Assembly (NCBI GenBank): GCA_944385075.1
Contig: CALWVW010000001.1
Coordinates: 4,401-68,400, forward strand
DNA: 64,000 nucleotides
Source: an uncultured Oscillospiraceae bacterium
GTDB taxonomy: Bacteria > Bacillota > Clostridia > Oscillospirales > Oscillospiraceae
Direction of reading: 5' to 3'
Below, piece by piece: positions 39,164 through 48,632 of this stretch. The position numbers and the translations under genes were made by a program. Position 1 is the stretch's first letter. Each line of letters begins with the position of its first letter. Under the pieces are notes generated by a model. It was given only the letters and a program-made list of their open reading frames with translations, made no database searches and was not told the DNA's origin.

Positions 39164-39339
39164 GTAAAACATCAAAAATTTTTCTCGATCCCCCTCCGGG
39201 ACAGCCAGCGGGAGCCAGCTCGCTGGCTGTGTGCCCGGTGCGGGCAGGAGCAATACAGCTGGGACGGCGTGGGCGTCCGGCGCGGCAGGCGCCTTTGTGC
39301 CCGATGCCTGTCCCGGAACAGGATACAGGAGGAATGGAT

Positions 39340-39573
39340 ATGACGTTAGCGGAACTTTCCGTGGAGTACCGGGCCCACGCCCACGCGCTGGACCTCCGGA
39401 TCTGCCAGCTGGAATATCTGCTGGAGCAGGCGGACGACCCGGACCGCCGCTGTCAACTGCGGGACCGGATCCGGATGCTGTCCGCCATGCTCCGGGAGGC
39501 CCGGGAGCTGGCGGTCCTCACCGAGCACTACTACGACAGGGGGTACCGGCGCAATGCCAAATACACGCTATAG
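39340..39573 (+). CDS. small helical hypothetical protein
   Basis: AGGAGG RBS, host-like codon usage, 77 aa. Confidence 0.7.
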   Translation: MTLAELSVEYRAHAHALDLRICQLEYLLEQADDPDRRCQLRDRIRMLSAMLREARELAVLTEHYYDRGYRRNAKYTL

Positions 39574-39877
39574 AAAGGGGAAGCTGTACGCCGCGGACAT
39601 GGCCATGTACAGCCGACAGATGGCCGCGGACAACAGCCGGGAGATCAGCCGCCTGAAGCGCAACCTGATCCGCGCCCTTCGGGAGGACGTCACCGCCAAA
39701 CAGCGGCAGGCCCTGCTCCTCTACTACGCCGAGGGGAAGAATATGCGGGAGATCGGCGAATCCCTGGGGGTGGACAAGTCCACCATCTCCCGCACCATCA
39801 AGCGGGGGGAGCGGCGGCTCCAGCGCTGTCTGCGCTACGGAGCGGAGGCCTATCTGCGCAACATGGACAACCTGTAG
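39554..39877 (+). CDS. sigma-70 region 4-type HTH protein
   Basis: VTAKQRQALLLYY.EG.NMREIGESLGVDKSTISRTIKRG; start may instead be 39599. Confidence 0.8.
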   Translation: MPNTRYRKGKLYAADMAMYSRQMAADNSREISRLKRNLIRALREDVTAKQRQALLLYYAEGKNMREIGESLGVDKSTISRTIKRGERRLQRCLRYGAEAYLRNMDNL

Positions 39878-39978
39878 AAATATGGGGCGGCCGGTTGTAT
39901 TCAGAGGGCGCCTCTGCTATACTGGACCTGGGATGACACCCATTTTATGACATATTTTAGAGAAAGGCGGCGATTTTC

Positions 39979-40656
39979 ATGCGCTATGAGATCAAAGGCG
40001 AGCCCACTCCGGTGGTCATCTGTCAGCTGTCCCCCGGGGAGTCCATGATCACGGAGCGGGGCTCCATGGTGTGGATGAGTCCCAACATGGAGATGGAGAC
40101 CTCGGCGGGGGGACTGGGCAAGGCCTTCGGCCGGATCTTCTCCGGCGAGTCCATCTTTCAGAACATCTATACCGCCCGGGACGGGCAGGGGCTCATCGCT
40201 TTTGCCTCCAGCTTCCCCGGGGCCATCCGGGCGGTGGAGATCACCCCCGACCACCCCGTCATTGTCCAGAAATCCGCCTTTCTGGCGGCGGAGCAGGGGG
40301 TGGAGCTGTCCGTCTTTTTCCAGAAGAAGCTGGGCGCGGGCTTTTTCGGCGGCGAGGGCTTCATCATGCAGAAGCTGTCCGGCCGGGGCATGGCCTTCCT
40401 GGAGATCGACGGTTACGGCGTGGAGTACGACCTGGGGCCGGGCCAGCAGATGATCGTGGACACGGGCAACCTGGCGGTCATGGACGCCACCTGCTCCATC
40501 GATATCCAGAGCGTCAAGGGGGTCAAGAACGCCATCTTTGGCGGCGAGGGCCTGTTCAACACCGTGGTCACCGGCCCGGGGCACATCACCCTGCAGACCA
40601 TGCCCATGAGCGGCTTTGTGGCCGCTATCTCCCCGTTCCTGCCCTCTAAGAATTAA
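39979..40656 (+). CDS. TIGR00266 / AIM24 family protein
   Basis: ERGSMVWM, SGESIF, FGGEGF, VDTGNL, GPG.I.LQT. Confidence 0.9.
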   Translation: MRYEIKGEPTPVVICQLSPGESMITERGSMVWMSPNMEMETSAGGLGKAFGRIFSGESIFQNIYTARDGQGLIAFASSFPGAIRAVEITPDHPVIVQKSAFLAAEQGVELSVFFQKKLGAGFFGGEGFIMQKLSGRGMAFLEIDGYGVEYDLGPGQQMIVDTGNLAVMDATCSIDIQSVKGVKNAIFGGEGLFNTVVTGPGHITLQTMPMSGFVAAISPFLPSKN

Positions 40657-40691
40657 GGCGGAAGATACACTGTGGGAAAGAAGGTGGCTCC

Positions 40692-41066
40692 ATGCCGCGC
40701 AAGCTCTGGCTCCTGTGCCTGGCGGTCAGTCTGGCCCTGAGTGTGGCTGTCCAGTGGGTGACAGCTGGCGACGTCCATTTTATTCCGGCCGTCGGACTGT
40801 TCTCCGTCACTCTGGTCGTCTCCTCCTGGGTCACCCGCTTTATCCTGTACCACTTTGCGATCCACTTCCCGGCGTCCACCTATGAGGAGTTGCCCGAAGA
40901 TCTGGCCCCTGGTTGCTTTCTGGTTAGCTTTTTCTTCACCCTTGTCCTTTGGTTCCGGCGTGGATTTGGAATATTCGGCCCGCTGGAGCTGGTTGGTATT
41001 TTTGCTACCTGCTGGGTCTGGCTTGGGACGGTCTTATGGCTCTTCTCAAAGGAGAAATCATCCTGA
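40692..41066 (+). CDS. hypothetical four-TM membrane protein
   Basis: hydrophobic ORF, more T-rich than neighbours. Confidence 0.55.
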   Translation: MPRKLWLLCLAVSLALSVAVQWVTAGDVHFIPAVGLFSVTLVVSSWVTRFILYHFAIHFPASTYEELPEDLAPGCFLVSFFFTLVLWFRRGFGIFGPLELVGIFATCWVWLGTVLWLFSKEKSS

Positions 41067-41177
41067 ACCGGCGCCCGCCCCCGCTTGAGATCCGCGGGGG
41101 CGGGCCGCTCTGTTCCGGACCGGAATACGACCGGCCCCCGGCGGGAGTTCCCGCCGGGGGCCGGTTTCACGCTATGT

Positions 41178-42548
41178 TCAAATGCCCAGCAGGCGGGTGG
41201 CGAAGAAGAAGTAGATGAGCAGGGACAGGGCGTCCACGATGGTGGTGATGAAGGGGGAGGCCATCACCGCCGGGTCGATGCCCACCTTCTCCGCCGCCAT
41301 GGGGAGGGTACAGCCCACCACCTTGGCGCACAGCACGGTGAACACCAGGGTCAGACACACCACCAGGGCCACCAGGGGGGTGACCTCCGGGTTGCCCATC
41401 AGCCACCGGTCCACCACCATCATCTTGGCAAAGTTGGCGCAGGCCAGGCACGCTCCGCACAGGACGGCCACCCGGATCTCCTTCCAGACCACCGCCACCA
41501 GGTCGGAGAAGTCGATCTCATCCAGGGACAGGGCGCGGATGACCGCCACCGAGGACTGGGACCCGGAGTTGCCGCCGGTGCCCGACAGCATGGGGATGAA
41601 GGAGGTCAGGATCACGCAGGCGGACAGCAGGCTCTCAAAGCTGGTGATGATGATGCCGGTGAAGGTGGCCGACAGCATCAGGAGCATCAGCCAGGGGATC
41701 CGGGCGCGCCAGGTCTCCAGCACCCCGGTCTTGAGATAGGGCTTGTCAGAGGGGAGGATGGCCGCCATCTTCTCAAAGTCCTCGGTGGTCTCCTCCTCCA
41801 TGACGTCCATGGCGTCGTCAAAGGTGATGATGCCCACCAGCCGGTCCTCCCCGTCCACCACGGGCAGGGCGGACAGGTCGTACTTGGAGAACAGCTGGGC
41901 CACGTCCTCCTTGTCCTCGTGGGTGTTGACGGACAGGACGTTGGTCTCCATGATGTCGCCGATCCGGGTCTCGTAGGAGGACAGGAGCATCCGCCGCACC
42001 GTCACCACCCCCAGGAGCACCCGGTTCTGGGTGACGTAGCAGGTGTAGACGGTCTCCTTGTCCAGCCCCACCTTCCGGATCCGGGCGAAGGACTGCTCCA
42101 CAGTGGCGTCCGGGTGGAGGTCCACGAACTCCGTGGTCATGATGGAGCCGGCGGAGTCCTTGGGGTAGTTGAGGAGCTGGTTGATCTGGCTCCGGGTGGA
42201 GGCGTCGGTGTTGCGCAGGATACGGGACACCACGTTGGCGGGCATATCCTCGATCAGGTCCACCGTGTCATCCATGTAGAGCTCGTCCAGCACCTCCCGC
42301 AACTCCTTGTCGCTGAGGGCCCCGATCAGCTTCTCCTGGTCGTCGGCGTTCTCCAGATAGGTAAAGACCTCCGCCGCCACGTCCTTGGGCAACAGGCGGA
42401 AGACCAGGATCTCCTGCTCCACGTCCAGCTCATCCAGAAACTCGGCGATGTCCACCTCGTTCATCTGGGTGAGGGCCTCCCGCAACGAGCGGTACTGTCT
42501 CCTGGTCACCAGATCCATCAGGTAGTCCAGGTCGTAATTTTCGTGCAT
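41178..42548 (-). CDS. mgtE: magnesium transporter MgtE
   Basis: SAGSIMTTEF, CBS pair, RIPWL, GGNSGSQ, DPAVMASPFITTIVD. Confidence 0.96.
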   Translation of the reverse strand: MHENYDLDYLMDLVTRRQYRSLREALTQMNEVDIAEFLDELDVEQEILVFRLLPKDVAAEVFTYLENADDQEKLIGALSDKELREVLDELYMDDTVDLIEDMPANVVSRILRNTDASTRSQINQLLNYPKDSAGSIMTTEFVDLHPDATVEQSFARIRKVGLDKETVYTCYVTQNRVLLGVVTVRRMLLSSYETRIGDIMETNVLSVNTHEDKEDVAQLFSKYDLSALPVVDGEDRLVGIITFDDAMDVMEEETTEDFEKMAAILPSDKPYLKTGVLETWRARIPWLMLLMLSATFTGIIITSFESLLSACVILTSFIPMLSGTGGNSGSQSSVAVIRALSLDEIDFSDLVAVVWKEIRVAVLCGACLACANFAKMMVVDRWLMGNPEVTPLVALVVCLTLVFTVLCAKVVGCTLPMAAEKVGIDPAVMASPFITTIVDALSLLIYFFFATRLLGI

Positions 42549-42897
42549 AGTTGTTCCCCCTTCCAGTGATATGACATGAAAAGCGGGACACAAAGGGCCA
42601 CAGGGCCAAGAGCACACTGGAATGGGCTACCGCCCCCTCCGGCGTCCTCCTCCCCCTGTGGCCGCGCACAGTGTAAGGGCCCCCGGACCTGTCCGGTCCG
42701 GCGCTTATCCCATGGGGCGGCGGAGCGGGACGCGGTCAGAGGACCGTCCCACCGCCGCCCGCGGTCTGTGACTGCGGCTGTCTGTGTCCCGGCGCTGACT
42801 TCGGCCTTCCATTCCTTGTCCCACTTCCTTTCTCTCATGGACTTTCCGGGGCGCGCCCCAACGCCCCTATTTTACACAGTTTTCCGCCCTTTGGCAA
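42549..42897 (-). promoter_or_regulatory. mgtE promoter and ~315-nt structured leader with a 35-codon uORF (42812-42705)
   Basis: TTGCCA(42897)-17 nt-TAAAAT; uORF MEGRSQRRDTDSRSHRP...; alternative pairings. Confidence 0.55.
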
Positions 42898-42935
42898 GGG
42901 CAGGACAGATAAACTCCTGTTAAATCCGGGTGAAC

Positions 42936-44048
42936 TCACGACCAGGTGACGTCCGCGCTCCGGCTGACGATGTTGATGTAGCTGTGGCCCACCGCCAGGG
43001 GAATGGGCTGGCCCGACCCGTCCAGGAAGGAGAGACGGTCGCTCCGGCTCTCCCGCTCCCAGGTGATGGGGTAGAGCTGTCCGTCCCGCAACAGCAGGCC
43101 CTCGCCGCTCCCGGTGGTGCGGACGCTCTGCCGCCCGGCGGTGTCCCCCTTGACGGCGGAGATGTCGGTATACAGCACCAGCACGTTGCTCACCACCACG
43201 TCCTGATCGGTGTTCCCGTCCACATAGTCCCGGTCGTGGCCGTTGATGTGTTGCCGGATCAGATAGCCGCCCTGATCGGCGTCATAGGTGAAATACCCGG
43301 TCTTGTAGGAGGAGAAGGGGACGGTCAGCGTGCCGGCGGCCTGCCCGCCGGCGGGGGCCTCCTCCGAGAAGGTCCAGCCCACCTGGAACCCCTCCTCGTG
43401 CTCCTGCCGGAAGCGGCTGGGCATCTGCTCCAGCAGTTTCTCACTGGAAGTGAGGAGGGAGTGCTCCAGCCCCGCGTTCTTCCGCCGGTCCTGGTCCCGC
43501 CAGCACATATTGCCGTAGGGGCCGTTTACAAAGTCGATGGCGGTCACGCCCCAGTTTTTGATGGAGATATAGGCCTGATCGCTTCCGCCGGCGTGGACAT
43601 AGATGGCGTCGTGCCCATTGGCCAGCGAGACATAGTAGTCCCGGGCCGACCGGACCGAGCCCAGATCGCCCACCCCCTCCACATCCTGGAACAGGGCCAT
43701 CATCCGGGTGATGCCCCCCTCGGCCACGATCTCATAGATCACGTCCGCCTGGGACACCCCCAGCTGGGGCAACGCCTTCTCCAGATTGTTGAGCATGATG
43801 GCGATGGGCCGCCGGGCGCCGATGTCCTCCTCCAGCCCCTCTCCGGTGAGGGGGTTGGTGTAGGGGTAGACCACCGGCTCCGGCTCGGGTTCCGGCTCCG
43901 GGACCGGCGCGATGACCGAGACGCTGGGCTCCTCCGGCAGGGAGGCGCTCCCCTGGGAGGAGGAGCTTCCGCCTCCCCCTCCACAGGCGGTCAGGCACGA
44001 CAGCAAGATACACCCCGACAACAGTAGGCCCAGTCCTCTTTTTCTCAT
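42936..44048 (-). CDS. DUF3048 (YerB-like) lipoprotein
   Basis: LTAC lipobox, NPLTG, RPIAIMLNN, EGGITR, GSVRSARDY. Confidence 0.88.
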   Translation of the reverse strand: MRKRGLGLLLSGCILLSCLTACGGGGGSSSSQGSASLPEEPSVSVIAPVPEPEPEPEPVVYPYTNPLTGEGLEEDIGARRPIAIMLNNLEKALPQLGVSQADVIYEIVAEGGITRMMALFQDVEGVGDLGSVRSARDYYVSLANGHDAIYVHAGGSDQAYISIKNWGVTAIDFVNGPYGNMCWRDQDRRKNAGLEHSLLTSSEKLLEQMPSRFRQEHEEGFQVGWTFSEEAPAGGQAAGTLTVPFSSYKTGYFTYDADQGGYLIRQHINGHDRDYVDGNTDQDVVVSNVLVLYTDISAVKGDTAGRQSVRTTGSGEGLLLRDGQLYPITWERESRSDRLSFLDGSGQPIPLAVGHSYINIVSRSADVTWS

Positions 44049-44236
44049 AGCGAAGCCCTCCCAACCGGTTTTGTCTCCTGTACTACCTCTATCATACCGT
44101 CTTTTCCCAGGAGCTGTCAACGGGAAAAGGGGGCGCCGGGCCGCTTTTTTCCGGCCCGCGCGCCCCAAAAAGAAAAGGGCGGCCCCACGGGCCGCCCCAT
44201 AATTCCTAACTCCTAATTGCTCTCCACCCTCTACTC

Positions 44237-45358
44237 TCACTTCGCGGCCCAGTTCCCCGTGGCCTCGGCGGTGAGATAGGCGTTGATGAACCCATCCAGG
44301 TCCCCGTCCATGACGGAGTTGATGTTGCTGGTCTCAAAGCCGGTGCGGTTGTCCTTCACCAGCTGATAGGGCATGAAGACGTAGGAGCGGATCTGACTGC
44401 CCCACTCGATCTTCAGCTGGACCCCCTTCAGGTCGGAGATCTTCTCCGCCTTCTCCTGCATCTGCAGCTCCACCAGCTTGGCCCGGAGCATCTTCATACA
44501 GTTGTCCTTGTTCTGGAACTGGGAGCGCTCCTGCTGGCTGGCCACCACGATACCGGTGGGCTTGTGGATCAGGCGGACGGCGGAGGAGGTCTTGTTCACG
44601 TGCTGGCCGCCGGCGCCGCTGGCCCGGTAGACCTGCATCTCGATGTCCTCGGGGCGGATCTCCACCTCCACGTCCTCGGGCAGGTCGGGCATGACCTCCA
44701 CCGACGCGAAGGAGGTCTGCCGCCGGGCGTTGGCGTCAAAGGGGGACACCCGCACCAGCCGGTGCACCCCGTGCTCTCCCCGGAGGTAGCCGTAGGCGTT
44801 GCTCCCCTGGATCATGATGGTGGCCGACTTGATGCCCGCCTCGTCGCTCTCCTGGTAGTCCATGATCTGACAGCGGAACCCGTGCCGCTCGCTCCAGCGG
44901 GTATACATCCGGTAGAGCATCTGGGCCCAGTCCTGGGCCTCGGTGCCGCCGGCGCCGGGATGGATGGTCAGGATCACGTCGCAGTGGTCGTACTCCCCCG
45001 TCAGAAGGGTCTCCAGCCGGGCGGTCTCCATGTCGGTTTCCAGGGCCTGAAAGCCCTCCTCCAGCTCGGGCAGAAGGGAGAGGTCCTCGAACTCATTGCC
45101 CATCTCGCACAGGGCCATCAGGTCGTCCCACTGGCTCTGCCGCTTTTTCTGGCCGTCCACCTTGTCCTGCAGGTTTTTGATCCGCTGTTGTACCTTCTGT
45201 GCCTTGTCCAGGTTGTCCCAGAACCCGTCGGCGGCGGACTCCGCCTGGAGCATATCCAGCTCCCGCTCCGCCCCGTCCAGATCCAGCGCCTGGGCCAGCT
45301 CCTCCAGCGCGGGGGTCAGATTGTTCAACTTCACCTTGTATTCGTCAAACTGGAGCAT
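44237..45358 (-). CDS. prfB: peptide chain release factor 2 (no programmed frameshift)
   Basis: GAGGTEAQDW, SPF, GGQHVN, WGSQIRSYV; continuous frame. Confidence 0.96.
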   Translation of the reverse strand: MLQFDEYKVKLNNLTPALEELAQALDLDGAERELDMLQAESAADGFWDNLDKAQKVQQRIKNLQDKVDGQKKRQSQWDDLMALCEMGNEFEDLSLLPELEEGFQALETDMETARLETLLTGEYDHCDVILTIHPGAGGTEAQDWAQMLYRMYTRWSERHGFRCQIMDYQESDEAGIKSATIMIQGSNAYGYLRGEHGVHRLVRVSPFDANARRQTSFASVEVMPDLPEDVEVEIRPEDIEMQVYRASGAGGQHVNKTSSAVRLIHKPTGIVVASQQERSQFQNKDNCMKMLRAKLVELQMQEKAEKISDLKGVQLKIEWGSQIRSYVFMPYQLVKDNRTGFETSNINSVMDGDLDGFINAYLTAEATGNWAAK

Positions 45359-45484
45359 AATTTTCCCACGCTTTCTCATCAAATTCTAAATCTCAGCGGT
45401 AAATATTATATATGACCGGTGCGGAAATGTAAAGAGCAAACCGCGCGCCCGGACGGAAAAGGCCGTCTCCTGCGAGACGGCCCC

Positions 45485-45598
45485 CTAGCGGTCGCTGATC
45501 AGCCACCCTTCCTCCTGAAAGATCAGATCGTCCAGGTCCCGCTTTCCCGGGCCGGACGGCGCCGCCGGCGCGGCGGACATGCTGTAGTCGTCGCTCAT
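45485..45598 (-). CDS. 37-aa small protein (MSDDYSMSAAPAAPSGPGKRDLDDLIFQEEGWLISDR)
   Basis: GGAGG 7 nt before ATG; host-like codons; below ORF-track cutoff. Confidence 0.5.
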   Translation of the reverse strand: MSDDYSMSAAPAAPSGPGKRDLDDLIFQEEGWLISDR

Positions 45599-45726
45599 AG
45601 TAAAACCTCCCATGTGTAACAGAGCGCCCCAAGGGGCTACATATCAATATATGCCGGTGGGGGCAAAATATGTGTACATCTGTGTACACCGATGGAGCGG
45701 GCCGGAAATATGTCAGAATTTTGTAC

Positions 45727-45755
45727 TTGACAGCGCCCGCGATCTGTGTTAGTCT
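45727..45755 (+). promoter_or_regulatory. sigma-A promoter of tRNA-Leu/Met
   Basis: TTGACA-17 nt-TAGTCT with extended TG. Confidence 0.7.
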
Positions 45756-45791
45756 AAATAAGCACCTGATAGAAGACCGGAAGCCACCCAT

Positions 45792-45878
45792 GCCGGAGTG
45801 GCGGAATTGGCAGACGCCCGGGACTTAAAATCCCGTGGGAGCGATCCCGTGCCGGTTCGACCCCGGTCTCCGGCACCA
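45792..45878 (+). tRNA. tRNA-Leu (TAA)
   Basis: GCCGGAG acceptor, CTTAAAA loop, long variable arm, GTTCGAC, CCA. Confidence 0.96.
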
Positions 45879-45881
45879 TAT

Positions 45882-45957
<76 letters not shown>

Positions 45958-45987
45958 TGTTGAGTGACCAAAATAGATGCACTCACC

Positions 45988-46025
45988 TGAAACCCCTGAG
46001 AAATCAGGGGTTTCAACCGTTTTTG
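45988..46025 (+). terminator. terminator-like hairpin after tRNA-Met
   Basis: TGAAACCCCTGA-gaaa-TCAGGGGTTTCA then ACCGTTTTT. Confidence 0.7.
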
Positions 46026-46405
46026 CCGTCATTTTTTTAATGCACGTTTTATAGATACACAGGGCAGTTTCAGAGCGGTAGGTAGGACATGAACTAAAAT
46101 CCAGCCCTATTTCTTGCATCCCGAGGCTCATTTTCACGACTTTAGGTGGTTTTTTCTGCGGGCCACAAATAATTCTTGCACAAATTTTCATAGAGATAGT
46201 TGGTTGGTATCACAATATGATACCAACCACTTTTACGCCGGGATTCCACTCAGGAGATCCCGGCTTTATTATTTTCAGGAGCAAAAGGAAGGTAATAATT
46301 TATGACAATTCAATGTTTTTCGTGTCTGCGGTGATTCGAACACCCTGCAGTAGTTCAGTTGAAAAAGGGCACTAATCGAATTATGAAGGAAGGGAAAGTA
46401 ACAAG

Positions 46406-47065
46406 ATGAAAAACAAGTATTTGACTGAGTTGTCCCGCCGGCTGAGCGAGGGTGGAATCCAATCCACCATCAGAGAGGATCGGCGGCTGGACATATTCCT
46501 CCACGACCGGCCGGTCCTCTATGTCTCCCCATCAAATGACGTATTCCTGTTGCCAGCCGGAAGCCAAAACGAGGAGGCCAGCGAGCTGTACCATCAGGTA
46601 GCTGTGACAGCGGACGGGGTATATGAATATGTTGAGGCCATGGAGAATGCGCCTCCTCTTCGTGTCTCTGGGCTCCACGAGGACTTTCGCCTGTTGGCGG
46701 ATTTCGGCGGCACGGTGCTGGCAGGCCTGGAGCGAGAAAATGGTCAAGGGTATCAATTTGTAAACTGGGTCTGGGCCTATGAACGGCAGGGGCTCTGCCA
46801 CGGCCACTATTTTGAGGACGACTTCCAAAGTGCCAAGCAGGACTTTGCCATCCGTTCCGGCCTGATCTCCAAGGCCCAGCTTTTCTCCCCAGAGCAGCTG
46901 ACAGAACTGTACCGGGCAACAGACTTCCTGCTGGAGGAAGGGCCTGAGCTGGAGGAGAAACAGCTGAAAGCGATCCAGGAAGCCAGAACAAAAATCGAAT
47001 ACACCGTCCCGGATCTCCAGACAAGGCTGGAGCAGACCCAGGAGCAGGGGATGGAATTGAACTGA
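46406..47065 (+). CDS. hypothetical ICE protein, C-terminal tag QEQGMELN
   Basis: 219-aa ORF with RBS; acidic. Confidence 0.8.
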   Translation: MKNKYLTELSRRLSEGGIQSTIREDRRLDIFLHDRPVLYVSPSNDVFLLPAGSQNEEASELYHQVAVTADGVYEYVEAMENAPPLRVSGLHEDFRLLADFGGTVLAGLERENGQGYQFVNWVWAYERQGLCHGHYFEDDFQSAKQDFAIRSGLISKAQLFSPEQLTELYRATDFLLEEGPELEEKQLKAIQEARTKIEYTVPDLQTRLEQTQEQGMELN

Positions 47066-47083
47066 AAAGCACTGTACCCAGGC

Positions 47084-47128
47084 GGGGGCCGTATCTGCCA
47101 TTGAGCAGAAAACGGCCCCCACTTTTTT
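47084..47128 (+). terminator. intra-element terminator
   Basis: GGGGGCCGT/ACGGCCCCC stem + T6. Confidence 0.75.
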
Positions 47129-47167
47129 GTTTTCAGGCAGAAAAAGCAAATGGAGGAGGTGTTTCGC

Positions 47168-47449
47168 GTGAACCCCAAAGACTTGAACCATTATTCTGGT
47201 GTAGTCAACCAGCCGCCTCTGCGGTGGGAGCGTGTGAAAAAATGGCTGTTCCACATCAGCCATGCTCCAAGCTATGCCCCTGAGCCGGAGCAAAAACCGG
47301 TCTGCCGGCAGTTCTCCCATTGCGAGGGCTGCCCCTACCCTGCCCACGGTTTTCTCTGCTGGGGCAGTGGGGAGGACTGTATGCGCACCAGAGTAAAAAA
47401 ACTGAACGAAAAGGAGTCGAAGCATGAAAATCAAAGCGGCGCTCTATAA
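47168..47449 (+). CDS. small Cys-rich hypothetical protein
   Basis: GGAGGAGGTG RBS before GTG 47168; CRQFSHCEGCPYPAHGFLCW.....C. Confidence 0.65.
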   Translation: MNPKDLNHYSGVVNQPPLRWERVKKWLFHISHAPSYAPEPEQKPVCRQFSHCEGCPYPAHGFLCWGSGEDCMRTRVKKLNEKESKHENQSGAL

Positions 47450-48632
47450 CGCTGACCACCTGGAATATGGCTTGGTCACCATCCCCTTCCCCATCCCACG
47501 GGATGAGTACAGCGACACGATCAAGATGCTGGATGCGCTGGACATCGGAGACCCGCGGGCAAGGGACTGCGTGGTGGAGGAGATCGAGGGCAGCGTCCCC
47601 AGTCTAAAGTGCCTGGAAGGGCGCAAAATCAATGTGGACGAGCTGGACTACCTGGTCAAGCGGCTGGACAGCTTTTCCGACGGGGAGCTGGCCCAGTTCC
47701 AGGGGATGGCGGTAAAGATGGGCCTCTCCGATATGACCGACCTCATCAACCTGACCTTCTGCTGCCAGGAAGCCACGGTCATCACGGATTTTTCCGATTT
47801 GGAGCAGGTTGGCCGGGAGCACTACATGAACCTGCACGGCGGATGTGCCTCCATGGAAGAACTGGAACAGTTGGACGGTGTGGAGACCGCCCTGCTCCTG
47901 ATCTCGGAAAACGAGGGCACCGTCACCCCCTATGGCGTGGTCTATGACAACGGGATGCAGCTCAGCCAGGTCTACCAGGGCCGAAACTTTCCGGCGTATC
48001 TCTATGAGGACAGCCTGCTGACGGTGACCCTGTGCCCCATCCATGCGGATGCCAACGACAGCCAGGCGGTCTGGCTGTACCTTCCCACATCGGAACTTCA
48101 GATAGAGCGGATGCTCTGTCGGGATGGGATGGAAAGCGCAGATTTTACGAGATTAGAGATTCAGGCAAATAATTTGCCCGCCGCCATTCAGACAGTCTGT
48201 GACTTGGAACTGGAGAGCGTCTTTGACCTCAACGCCATGTGCGCCGCCATCTCCGAGCTGACGCAGGCGGACCGCCTCAAGCTGGACGCCGCGGTGAGCT
48301 TTGCCAAACCGAAAAGCGCCGCTGAGATCCGCCGACTGGCAGAAAATTTAGAGCTGTTCGATTTCGTTCCCAATGTCCATACCCCGGAGGAGTACGGCAG
48401 ATACATGATCCAGGACTCCGGCCATTTCGACTACGACAACAATCTGGACGAGTTTTATGATTACGGGAAGTACGGGCACCGGTGCATGGAGCAGAACCAG
48501 GGGATGTTTACGGAGCAGGGCTATATCTCCTATCAGGGCACTCTGACGCTGGAGGAGCTGATGCGGGAGGATCCTGCGGAACAGTACCAGAGAGAGCAGG
48601 AGGAGTCTATGGGGATGGGGGGCCTCACCTGA
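47424..48632 (+). CDS. ArdA-like acidic antirestriction protein, tag SMGMGGLT
   Basis: VDELDYLVKRL, EEYGRYMI..SG......LDEFYDYGKYG.....GMFTEQGY resembles the ArdA C-terminal module. Confidence 0.65.
   Translation: MKIKAALYNADHLEYGLVTIPFPIPRDEYSDTIKMLDALDIGDPRARDCVVEEIEGSVPSLKCLEGRKINVDELDYLVKRLDSFSDGELAQFQGMAVKMGLSDMTDLINLTFCCQEATVITDFSDLEQVGREHYMNLHGGCASMEELEQLDGVETALLLISENEGTVTPYGVVYDNGMQLSQVYQGRNFPAYLYEDSLLTVTLCPIHADANDSQAVWLYLPTSELQIERMLCRDGMESADFTRLEIQANNLPAAIQTVCDLELESVFDLNAMCAAISELTQADRLKLDAAVSFAKPKSAAEIRRLAENLELFDFVPNVHTPEEYGRYMIQDSGHFDYDNNLDEFYDYGKYGHRCMEQNQGMFTEQGYISYQGTLTLEELMREDPAEQYQREQEESMGMGGLT

Noticed and set aside
38753-39339. ORFs spanning the tRNA-Thr/Tyr genes, and likewise 45754-46191 over tRNA-Leu/Met
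   Set aside because: Spurious translations of tRNA genes.
41066-41170. GC-rich hairpin cluster between the 40692 gene and mgtE
   Set aside because: Adequately explained as terminators of convergent genes; no repeat copy seen in the window.
42549-42865. ykoK/M-box riboswitch upstream of mgtE
   Set aside because: The conserved M-box sequence blocks (e.g. AGGTGAGGCT) are not present.
43874-43903. PEPEPEPEP coding repeat in the DUF3048 lipoprotein
   Set aside because: Ordinary low-complexity lipoprotein linker.
342-45415. Many long antisense or alternate-frame ORFs in the track (e.g. 342-1715 -, 4982-8062 -, 29661-32489 -, 2261-4327 +)
   Set aside because: They are shadows of real high-GC genes, with no motifs or RBS, and overlap confident CDSs.
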